This document shows, one piece after another, positions 41,931 through 53,676 of a stretch of 64,000 bases of DNA. Source of the DNA: Octopus vulgaris. Taxonomy: Eukaryota. A model generated the notes under the pieces. That model had not been told where the DNA came from, did no database searches, and saw nothing but the letters and a program-made list of their open reading frames with translations. A program made the translations under genes and the position numbers. The number at the start of each line of letters is the position of its first letter. Within the stretch, counting starts at the first letter, position 1. The stretch is from assembly GCA_951406725.2 (NCBI GenBank), contig OX597832.1:32426001-32490000 (forward strand), in the 5' to 3' direction.

Positions 41931-43217
41931 GTGAATTTGTGAGAATAATAAGAAGTTAAATATTAAGAAAAAACTCACAGTATATCATCTCAGGACATCG
42001 GAGACTAAGTGAGACTAACATCAAAAGGTTGCTATGTATAAACGTTTACGTTTAACGCTTGACTTATCTTATTCTGCGACTTTTTATAAACCTACACATA
42101 TCTTTGCACTGCATGCACTTACTTTACAAACGCTCACAAAATATAATTAATAATTTTAAAGATATTTCGCTTCGAATCCGAAATTTTTCCGTTGACATAA
42201 AATTCTTTAATAAAACTGCACATCTCCAGATCAAAGCCGCCACCACAGAGGTCATAACGCTTCATAAAAATGGTAGACAGAAGAATCTACCGTAAAATTA
42301 TTACAAATAATATTAATAGAAAGAATAGAAGCATGAATAGGACAACTAACATAACTTTATATAATTCTCACTTTAACTTAGAAGTAATTAATCAAACTGT
42401 TACAACTTTCTCCTAGCTTCTTAGATCTCGCGTCCAGTTAGAACAGAAAGGGTAAAGAATTATTTTTTTAACGAAATCTTTATCAAATCATCCTTCTCTA
42501 TCACTTCAAATTTTCGATAAACCCTAACATCCATCAACGTACAAAAGTTAAGTCAAAGACCAATACACAACAATATCTGTTGAAATTGTAAGTATCCTAG
42601 TAACTGCTATTGAAATCAGAAATAACTGGCTACACAGATTAAGATATCCTATGGAATATATTCACTCACACTTCTAAATTACATACACATAAATATACAT
42701 CTGAATTCTGAAAGAAATCTACGATAACTACACTCAAACATTTAAGGAGCAAAATCGAAAGACGAAAGTTCCCTGTTGTAATATATTTGGAAAAAGAAGA
42801 ATACTTATTACACAGAAAAATTCGAAATGGGATTAAGATCCAAGTCTTTTTCGGGTAAAAAAATCCACGCTGAGAAAGTTAGTCGTCTCGTTTGCAAAGT
42901 GCTATTTTTGTGATAAATAGGAGAAAGGGTTCCTTTATATTAACAGAGGAGCCCGAAAACCGTAACTCTTTTTTTCAATCAATATAATTCTGGCATTATT
43001 TATCTAGTTTCATGAACTCTAAACTTTTCAGTATAATACATTTCTCCAATTTGAGTCGTTTTACAGGAAGGGCACATGATCTATTGTTATAGGTGTTTTT
43101 CTCGTAATCCGATGCTCAGATTAAAGCCACAATCAGAAAGGTCATTAGATTCAGCACCACGTCATGTCCTTGAATATGTTACTTCATTTCAATCTGCCCC
43201 AGTCTATTCATCCAAAC

Positions 43218-43402
43218 TTTTACCTCAAGATATGGAGATATCATTAGAGCGGAGTTAGGGAACGACACTTTTTCCAATATCCATCTTCTAAACTCACGTC
43301 GGTGCCATGTTGTCGAATTATCAAAACAGACAACAGAACAAGACAACACTTCCAAACAAAACATTTTTTTCTTAAAAGCCTTTTTTTCCTTTCTCTGTCC
43401 GC

Positions 43403-43444
<42 letters not shown>

Positions 43445-44189
43445 CTCCCTTCAGATGTTAAATCCACGATCGCCCAAAGTGGGGAATAAAGCAAGTTGTT
43501 TTTAGCACCCGTGTGTCTCCACTCAATCACAAAGAAACGAACATCTGTTAACGAATGCGAAAATATGTTAAATGTTAGCCATATTGAACTGCCGAAGAAC
43601 GTCTAACTGTATTATGCTGTCATTTCGTCTCACAATGAAATATTATGTCTAACTTGTATGTTTAATATCACTGTTTAGTGTCATGGTTACGATGAGAATG
43701 TTTTATAGTAACACCAAATGTTGCTTTAATGCGAAAGTTCGAAAGTTTTTAATAAGCTTAGTAAAATCTAAGAGGTATGAGTTTGGCATTAATTCTATCA
43801 CATTTGTGTACAATTAATCTCTGTCAGATATGTAAGCCTCTCTGTATAGAGATCATTATCTTTAATCTCATTCAGCGGCAGAGCAGGCATCATCGCTTGA
43901 TTAAGAAGTTCAAATTAATACCATGCCCCCGAGTTCAATTTCACAACCTATTACCCGTCCACAATATCTTCAATAATCTCGACAATATCTAAATCTTTTG
44001 AGAAAAAATGCATCTCACGGAACCGATATGAAAGCGTGAGAAGTGTTTTGTTTGGAAGTGTTGTCTTATTCTGTTGTCTGTTTTGACAATTCGGCAACAT
44101 GGCACCGGCGTGAGTTTAGAAGATGGATATTGTAAAACGTATCGTTCCCCAACTGCGCTCTAATGATATCTCCATATCTTGAGGTGAAA
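43218..44189. mobile_element. MITE/foldback-like element with ~150-bp terminal inverted repeats
   Basis: 43218-43370 ('cctcaagatatggagatatcattagagcg...cacttccaaacaaaaca') is the reverse complement of 44037-44189, separated by a ~670-bp non-coding spacer. No clear TSD. Confidence 0.75.
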
Positions 44190-44269
44190 TTCTATTTGCA
44201 ACCATCTGCGACAGTTATAATGACATTGAGAGAACGCAGGGAGTGAGATTGATTACAGGCTCCGTAAAA

Positions 44270-44690
44270 GATTTATTCTTACACTGTGGCCATGCTGGGG
44301 CACCACTTTAAAGAGCTTTAAATCGAATGACTGGACATTTCTGCTTATTTGGTTAAACCCGGCATTTATTTTATCTGTCTATTTCGCTGAACTGCAAAGT
44401 TACGGGGACGTAAGCACACTAACACCGGCTATAAAGTGGTGGTAGTGGTAGACAAACGGACACATAGTCTATCACACACACGCGCGCACACACACAGACT
44501 CACGCACACACACAGACTCATGCACACACACAGACTCACGCACACACACATGCATATTTACCAACTCTACTCCCAAGTCTTTGGTCGGCCCGACGCTATA
44601 GTAGGAGACACTTGCCCAAGGTGCCACGCAGTAGCATTAAACATGGAACTTTGTGTTTGAGAAGGAAACTTCTGAGCACACAGCCATATC
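44270..44690 (-). mobile_element. Same CORE-like SINE, minus strand
   Basis: 'ggccatgctggggcacc...gttacggggacgtaa...gacacttgcccaaggtgccacgcagt'. Confidence 0.8.
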
Positions 44691-45135
44691 AGAAAGCCAG
44701 CATAAATGTTATGAGTTTGAACTACGACCTTTAATATGCTATGAAATAATAGCAAAATTTTCGGGGTCACTCAGAAATCGAATCAACGGAAGAAATATTC
44801 CTGAATATGGCAGAGGAACAAACTGAACCGGAATGTTGATTGGGTTTATAGTATAGAAATGTAAGAAATTGTAGTCGTAGGGTCTATCCACAGTTCCTTA
44901 GAAAGTAATATGACCGGGTAAAGTTAGTATGCATGAATGCATTCAAGTAACACCATGTTGTACATGCAGGTATGTATATCAGTTTAATAAGGTGTGTGAA
45001 TGTTTATAAAAAAATTGATACGAATATATATAAATACATCCCTCCATGCACCTCCACACACCTCCACACAACACACACATAATGAAAATAGGACAAAGTA
45101 GAGAATGCTAAAATAATTTTATTTTGAAGAACATT

Positions 45136-45173
45136 TAAGTACCGGTTTCAGTCGTTATAACTTTTTCAACTTA
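45136..45173 (-). ncRNA. Degenerate minimal hammerhead-like motif (type D)
   Basis: Minus strand: UAAG-UUGAAAA-AGUU-auaac-GACU-GAAA-CCGG-UA-CUUA. Stems I and II and the palindromic stem III are present, with two transitions in the core. Confidence 0.4.
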
Positions 45174-45645
45174 GAGTAAAGAATTAAATCGTGGAAAAAT
45201 GAGATTAAATGTTTTTAAAAATATTTTCATATTTTTCTCTATGTTTGTCTCTCTCTCTTTCAATCTTGTGAAGGCTTGGCAGCAGGAATTATATAGTAAC
45301 AGATGTAAAAGAATATTTGGAATGAGGCATGTGAGTTCTTGGTTTTGATTGTTTAAGCACCAGTAGTCGAGGTAAGAAGCGGTGAAGTAGAAGATACCTA
45401 TATATATGGTAGCAGTGTTTATACTCCGAGCTGTGACCTCGTGAAGCACGTATGCACATTCCACTTATCAAATATATGTATATTAGTATTTTATTTCAAA
45501 TGAGAAACACATAAATATAAATCGCAACATTTAAGTTGCGGGGAATTAAAAACATCAACACCGGTTAAGAAGTGTTGGTAAGCAACATACACAAACACAG
45601 CCACACACACAGAAACACATACTCACACACATCTATATATATACA

Positions 45646-45689
<44 letters not shown>

Positions 45690-45817
45690 GGGGGAGAGGG
45701 GGATACAGATAGATATGGTACTTCCGTTGAGGCACCAAAATTTAGTACGGTATTATGCAATTTCAAAATAAGACGATTAAAATCAAAATTGTAGCTTCTA
45801 AGGTGAGGTGAAGACAG

Positions 45818-46035
45818 CATGTTCTTTGTCTATTTCCCTACCTTCTTGGAGAGTTTAAGTAAAATTATACTAATGTGTCCATCTGCTTTAATTTAATTAA
45901 ATTCTATTTCTCTATGCAGCCGAGAATTGCTTCTACATTTAAATTGATGTAATGACTGCATTGTTCAATTAAATGGAGATGCTTGAAACTATCGTACTGC
46001 ATTGCCTCTGGATATCCTTGTTGCCTATTTGATAT
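45818..46035 (+). mobile_element. Family C repeat copy with degenerate hammerhead-like motif (45914-46002)
   Basis: ATGCAG-CCGAGAA-ttgc...GAAA-CTATCG-TA-CTGCAT with a perfect 6-bp stem I. Homologous to 54914-55285, and the 3' end runs into (TA)n. Confidence 0.6.
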
Positions 46036-46729
46036 ATGTATATATATATATATATAGATATATATATATATATATATGCTACGAACATTCAGTTACCGTC
46101 TACTGATACTTACAAGTATCGGCCGGCCTTAGGTTATAGTAGACCACGCTCGTCTAAGCAGTGGGATTGACCTCGGAACCATGTCGTTGGAAATCAAACT
46201 TCTTAACAGAGACAGCGGCTTTTACTGATATTAAGACAGGAAATTGAAAAAATTCGCTTAAGTCTACACAATAACATTCAATGATTGCTTTATATTGTTG
46301 CTCATTAGAGTATATTAGCTGTGTCTATACTTTAGCATTGTGCTGCAAAATCCATTCATTCGATCGTCATTCATCTCCAATGGAAGAAAACTGAATGTGG
46401 CGTTTGCTGTTTTTTTTCTTCCACTGTTGCTATTATGTATTTATGTAATCCTTTGCAATTAGTCCTTGTTTTAGGTTTAGATTAACCGACGACACTTTTC
46501 TGCACATCAAAGGCCAACGTAAATGAACATAATATGAGATAATGAGCTTTTTTTTTATTAATATATAATATACTTAACCATATATTCACATATATACATG
46601 TATAAAAACACATACACACGCATTCACATACTCACACACATACACATACAACATACACTTGTGTATATATGTGTATATATATATATCTATATCTATATCC
46701 ATCTATCTCTCTCTCTCTCTCTCTCTCTC

Positions 46730-46835
<106 letters not shown>

Positions 46836-46858
46836 TGGATATATATATATATATATAT

Positions 46859-47404
46859 ACTGGTCACTGAATAACGGAATGACATAAAACAAAAATAACA
46901 TTTACAAACACGTGTTTTTTATGTTTTATTTGAATGGAAACATTTTTTAATATTCAGCTGCAGAATCTTCTAAAAAGTCGTTCTGGCGATGCCTAGTGGA
47001 ACAGAGTAACGGCAGGTAGAGGCTGAGGGATCCTCAAGGACACTCTGCTGTACAACGTCCACCGCTGCGTCAGTGCGCTTCGGACCCCTTCCAGAAAGAT
47101 CGCCGACTGATGCAGTTCTTTCACACCAGGCGATTAGGTTCCGAATCATGGAATCGCTAGCACGGTAAAATATTGACTGTAAAATATTGCCGGTACTTAC
47201 TCTGAGTTTGAATACTTGATATTTCACTCGAATAGAAAAACTCAATTAGTTCTGCGGGTTGCTGGACATCAAACGTAACGATTTTAGTCTCCACGGGTTG
47301 CTCTGTAACAGGCAAAAAAAAAATAACAAAAGGAAAAAGAGTGAAAATGAATGAGTTATGGCATCTCGAAATCCGTCAGTTTTTCAACGGGAACCATATC
47401 TGTA
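46859..47404 (-). mobile_element. Internally deleted Tc1/mariner-superfamily element
   Basis: RTASVGDLSGRGPKRTDAAVDVVQQSVLEDPSASTCRYSVPLGIARTT resembles the transposase GRPR/second-HTH region. TA-rich flanks; TIRs only weakly matching. Confidence 0.6.
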
Positions 47405-47540
47405 TATATATAAACACACACATATGTATATATATACATACACATATGTATATATACATATACATATGTCTTCTCTTTAGCTCTCTATTTCTTTCTTTCA
47501 CTCTCTCTCTATCTCTCTCTCTATCTCTTTGTGTTTATAT

Positions 47541-47880
<340 letters not shown>

Positions 47881-47891
47881 GATATATAAAC

Positions 47892-47934
<43 letters not shown>

Positions 47935-48605
47935 AGTCCTCTGGACATCAACAACATCAGTGCCGGATTAGGCACTAATATGTGATGTATCGTTGACGGG
48001 TGATTCGGCTTTTATGTAACTACTGGATGTCCATCGGTGATAAATGCAAAACAAGGCGAGAACATGCGATCTAGCAGTTCTGGCGGCTGTAGTAGACGAA
48101 TCTTGTTTGTCAATGATATAAATACGAGTGCCTTTATGCACCACGAAACCATATAAGAGGTCCTCTCGTGCTAAATAACGTAGTACTCTTTGTCATACAT
48201 ATGTTTGTGTGTGCGTGTGTGTATGTGCGTATGTGTGTGTACATATATATATATATATATACATATATATGCGTGTGTATTTGGGTATATATATATAAAT
48301 ATAAATGTATATGTATATATATATATATATAATTAATTAATAAGGGTGAGAGAATTAGATACTAATTTAATAGTATATCCATTCAACACCAAGTGGCCCA
48401 GTGCTCCGAGAAACCTGGATTATTATAATATTTTATAATATATTATAATATTTTTACAAAAATAAATATAAGAGAGTGGTCACATATGGCTCACTCTAGC
48501 ACTAGTTAATCCAAAAGGTTTCAACCACAAAAATACATGTTTCCCATGAAAGTCAGTACGATTGTTAGCTCACACGAACAGGGCAAATAAAAAATAACAA
48601 AAATA

Positions 48606-48700
48606 CAGATTATTTTGGGACAATTGTTTCGCTATTAATGAATTAAATGTAATTTTACTTACAAAAAAATCCACTGTAGCTCCTCAGCCAAAACTATCTG
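48606..48700 (-). ncRNA. Type I hammerhead ribozyme (inverted second copy)
   Basis: Plus strand reads ttttgg-ga-caattg-tttc-gcta...tagc-tcctcag-ccaaaa (48613-48693), the reverse complement of the 49599-49680 motif with core and stems intact. Confidence 0.87.
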
Positions 48701-49591
48701 GATGAAATCCACTCAATCACACGCCAGATTTTACCATAACGATAAATACACGTGTGGTTCAATTGATTACATCCGACGTTATAATTCAAATGCCCCTACT
48801 AACAGCGCGCCAAACTTTCAGGGAAACAAATACTACATTTAGAAATAAATGTAGCATAATTATAATTGATTAATAAGGGTGAGAGAATTAGATACTAAGT
48901 TAATAGTATATCCATTCAACACCAAGTGGCCCAGTGCTCCGAGAAACCTGGATTATTATAATATTTTATAATATATTATAATATTTTTACAAAAATAAAT
49001 ATAAGAGAGTGGTCACTATATGGCTCACTCTAGCACTAGTTAATCCAAAAGGTTTCAACCACAAAAATATTTCGTGGATTATATTTATTTTTGTAAAAAT
49101 ATTATAATATATTATAAAATATTATAATAATCCAGGTTTCTCGGAGCACTGTATTTTTGTTATTTTTTATTTGCCCTGTCCGTGTGAGCTAACAATCGTA
49201 CTGACTTTCATGGGAAACATGTATTTTTGTGGTTGAAACCTTTTGGATTAACTAGTGCTAGAGTGAGCCATATAGTGACCACTCTCTTATATTTATTTTT
49301 GTAAAAATATTATAATATATTATAAAATATTATAATAATCCAGGTTTCTCGGAGCACTGGGCCACTTGGTGTTGAATGGATATACTATTAACTTAGTATC
49401 TAATTCTCTCACCCTTATTAATCAATTATAATTATGCTACATTTATTTCTAAATGCAGTATTTGTTTTCCGTGAGAGTTTGGCGCGCTGTTAGTTGGGGC
49501 ATTTGAATTATAACGTCGGATGTAATCAATTGAACCACACGTGTATTTATCGTTATGGTAATATCTGGCGTGTGATTGAGTGGATTTCATC

Positions 49592-49687
49592 CAGATAGTT
49601 TTGGCTGAGGAGCTACGAGTGGATTTTTTTGTAAGTAAAATTACATTTAATTCATTAATAGCGAAACAATTGTCCCAAAATAATCTG
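49592..49687 (+). ncRNA. Type I hammerhead ribozyme
   Basis: TTTTGG(49599-604)-CTGAGGA(49605-611)-GCTA...TAGC(49612-15/49659-62)-GAAA(49663-66)-CAATTG-TC(49673-74)-CCAAAA(49675-80). All core positions match CUGANGA/GAAA/UH. Stem I extends via CAGAT/ATCTG. Confidence 0.88.
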
Positions 49688-49829
49688 TATTTTTGTTATT
49701 TTTTATTTGCCCTGTTCGTGTGAGCTAACAATCGTACTGACTTTCATGGGAAACATGTATTTTTGTGGTTGAAACCTTTTGGATTAACTAGTGCTAGAGT
49801 GAGCCATATAGTGACCACTCTCTTATATT

Positions 49830-49865
<36 letters not shown>

Positions 49866-49960
49866 TTGCATATATACATATATATGTATACGTCTATATC
49901 TATATCTATCTATCTATCCATCTATCTATCTCTCCCTCTCCCTCACTCTCTCTCTCTCTC

Positions 49961-49991
<31 letters not shown>

Positions 49992-50740
49992 AATCGTATG
50001 TATTTTTAGATGACGAAGAACGAGAAACGGTGAGAGCGAATGAAATAAAAATTAATGAGAAAGAACATCAGACGTTAAGAGGGAAGGGCATAAAAGTGCA
50101 GGAAAGAAGGTGTCATAACAAAACGAAAATCTAAGGAAAAAGGAAGACACGGTATAGAAGTTTCTTTCATTTGTCTAACATAAATTTCGTGTAGAGACTA
50201 AAAGGTAAGCACCAAGCAGACGATGGAGTGGTTTAGACATGTAATAAAAACAAACTGATTTCTGTCTGACTGGAAACAGAGTAATGCAATAATAAGTTAA
50301 TCGATAGTTGAGGAAGTACAAAAGGCAAACGCTTTCATAATCGATGCATTAGAGCGATTTTTAGTGTTATTGCGTTGGTGCTTCTAAAACAAAAATACTT
50401 TATCTCGCTCTCGTTTATCTCTCTCGTTTGATATGTTCTCGTGTCTGTGTAAATTTTTAAGTGTATAACAAATATAGACAGAGGCTTTAATATGTTATGT
50501 GTTAACTTTTACTTGTTGCACTTTTTGAAGTACAGCCAAGCTGGAGCACCGCTTTATGGAGTTCTTAATCGGACGAATCGACCCCATTATATTTATTATC
50601 CCCTATTCTATTGGTCTGTTCTGGCCGAAACGCTTAGTAACATTGGATGGGAAAACTGTGGTTTTGGATTTAAACCCCTTATTCTGGAGTATCGAATGGA
50701 GTCTCTGATTTCCAATATGATTATATAAATATATAAGTAA

Positions 50741-50863
<123 letters not shown>

Positions 50864-51205
50864 CATATATATACATATAAATTACATATATAGATATATA
50901 CATACATTTATATATACGTATATATTTATATGCGCATACATATATATATATATATACATATATACATACAAACACACACAAACACACACACAGACAAACT
51001 AATTTCCAAAACCACAGAGGATACACAAAACCTCACAGTTTAGTTTTGAAAATATTTTTAAATAAGAGAAGCCAGTTAAGATAATAAATACATTTAAAAA
51101 TCTCCTGCACTCTCAGATTCTTTTCCTTATATTTTTACTCGTTCGATAACCCCAACTGTACTTTGTTATATATATGTAAGGAAAAATGTAACGGTCGAGG
51201 AGGTG

Positions 51206-51526
51206 AATGACAATGACCTTTTTGTGCGCACAGTATATGACAGACCATGCCTGTCTTTGGCTGACCTCAAATCTCATCTGCGCACACATGGAAAACGAAC
51301 CTCCACCAACTATTCTGCTTAACCTGTGGACACCCTGGAATGCAATGCATGACAGAATGTTTGCAAATGCAACGGATGCCTCAAAAGACGTAAGACCCAT
51401 AAAGATCGGAACTTAAATGCAGATCTTAGTGGTCCAAATCAGGTGTGCAATCTATGTGGGTGTCTTTCCAATATATTGTTTGGTTTAAAAAGCCACATCA
51501 GATGCCATGATGCTGCTGAGATGTAG
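51206..51526 (+). pseudogene. Decayed reading frame with three C2H2 zinc fingers, probably an RTE/BovB-type LINE C-terminus
   Basis: One frame with two stops: FV(R)TV(Y)DRPCLSLADLKSHLRTH ... ECNA*QNVCKCNGCLKRRKTH ... VCNLCGCLSNILFGLKSHIRCHDAAEM*. No TGEKP linkers. Confidence 0.65.
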
Positions 51527-51575
51527 GTAAAGGACGTAGTCAAACTGAGTATATATATATATATATATATATACA

Positions 51576-52383
51576 CTAGCAGCATAGCCCGGCGTTGCCC
51601 GGGTATGTAAGAGCCCCTAGTAGGCAACGACTAATCCCAATCTAGTCCTTTCCCTCTAGGGAACGAAGGCGCATGTGTAGGTTGCAATGTCTTCACTTCA
51701 CTCCCAAATAACTATCAAACAGCTATCGATAATTCAACCCAACCAATTCCTACCAGGAAGAAATTTCATTCGAAACTTTACCCCCAACACCGCCACTTCT
51801 GCTAATAGCTGCTGCAGCCGCAAGTTATTCGAATACATTTTTTGTTTACACTTTCTTTATAACTACCACCCCAAACGTTTTACCTTAAATTTTTGACGTA
51901 CCCTAAGGGTCCTCGGACGCTACTTGCAAACTCTTGGTTTATTATAAACTGCTTTTGTCGTGTGCACCAAAAAAGCCTTTTCCATACGTTTGTTCAGTTT
52001 GGTCACTTTTGACTTTTTCGTTGTTGTCACTCACATTGCTGCCCGCTTTTTTGCCGTTTTTGTACATTTTTATACATTTTGGGATACTTACCCCACGTGT
52101 TCCGAGAGTTAAAAAGGTCGAGTTGCGTCCCCTAGACAGTCTGTAGCAAATGTGTTGCATATAAAAGGCTTAGATACTCGACCCATGTCGAATTTATCGA
52201 TTTTTTTCAGAACTGGGTGGACTTTTCAATATTTTCGCTGCGTTAGATTTGAATTATGACATTGGGCTATGTGTGTGTCAAGTTTCATCAGAATCGGTTG
52301 AAAGCCGTGGTCAGGGTGAGGGTACAACCTGACAGACACACAGACACACAGACAGACAAACTGCCGTTTATATATAGAGAAGA
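51576..52383 (-). mobile_element. Non-autonomous Helitron (~808 bp)
   Basis: Minus-strand 5' end A|TCTTCTCTATATATAAA. The 3' end has the hairpin CCCGG-GCAACG-CCGGG (51588-51603) followed by CTAG|T. An internal (ACAG)-type microsatellite and the 'aagtttcatcagaatcgg' motif lie near the 5' end. Confidence 0.85.
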
Positions 52384-53577
52384 TATATGCATGAGACCTA
52401 CGTACTTACTTGCTTGTAAGCAAGTGTTCATAGTGTGTTTCTATTGTTATTAAAAACATCACAATACCAATTTTAAACAAATTCCAATTGCTATTTGATA
52501 TATCTGGCACAAAACATTTCGTGATCGAATTAGCATCAATATATGATTAGAAGATTGAAGTGAACTTTAAGAACCTTAAATAAAAGTCACCTACTTGTCA
52601 CAACACAAACACACAAATCATTAATTAGAGACAAAGGTCTAATTTTAAAAGCATTACAGATGGAGAATTCTATAAGTTAATGAACTTCAGAATACACACA
52701 TCAAACAATGTCTCAACGAGGATCTAAATTCTGAATTTCTTCAAATTCTGCTTTAATGGGTGACTTATAAAGCCATTCACTGTTAGTTTATATACACATT
52801 GCGTGGCAAGTTTTCATTCTCGAATCAGCCGTTTGTGTTTATTTATAATTAATCTAATGTAAAGTCTTACAACATTTACATAGTTGCTTTAACAAGTGAA
52901 TACTGAAGACGAATTTGAAATTAATCCGATAATTTCCATTAACAATACAGGCTGTGGTATTTACAATACTAGTATCAATTCCCCGAACTGAAATTACTCC
53001 GATATTGATTTTCTCATAGGTCAGCTGGTTTTGTGGCTCTGGAATTATACTGGTCAGCTTAATTTTGGTTTTATATTGTTGCCTACCTAACGAAAGAGAA
53101 CTACTGGAATTTGGTTGCCCAAATTGTGTTTAGAAATTGCAACTGTGACAGCGGCTGAGAAACGGAGAAGTGGAATGGTGGGGTTTGGTGGGCTTTGGTG
53201 GTGCTGGTGACGGTGGTGGTTTTGGTGAAGTTGATTGTTCATAAATTCGGGGAATTATTTCAAGTTGGGTCCATAAGCATTAAATTGTAACAAATTGATG
53301 TGAATATTGTTAAAGATTTCAGTTAGTCGATGTGACATAAAGGGATGAAAAGGAGATAATTAGAAACGAGAGTTTTAATAATAGATTTAAATATATGGGA
53401 GTCTGCGAATGGTCAGTTAGCTAGGTGTAGGAAAATTTGCCGGTTCATGTACTGCCATGTTTCTATGGAAATTCAGTTTATTGTGGTTAACGCAATTGCT
53501 TAATTTCAAGGATCTCTTTCGATGTACGATTCACTATTCTCTCACTCGGTCTAGAATCGACACAAATATCCAAGAGG

Positions 53578-53671
<94 letters not shown>

Positions 53672-53676
<5 letters not shown>

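Larger units (their letters stand above)
48328..49833. mobile_element. Hammerhead-bearing non-coding repeat (retrozyme / Penelope pLTR-like): ~535-nt monomer, ~1.4 copies on minus (48328-49069) and ~1.3 copies on plus (49149-49833), with a short extra plus-strand piece (49079-49151)
   Basis: 'taagggtgagagaattagatac' recurs at 48341 and 48874 (period 533). 'ctgtatttttgttattttttatttgccc' recurs at 49149 and 49685 (period 536). The right arm is the near-identical reverse complement of the left. (TA)n flanks both sides, there is no ORF, and each arm has one hammerhead. Confidence 0.85.
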
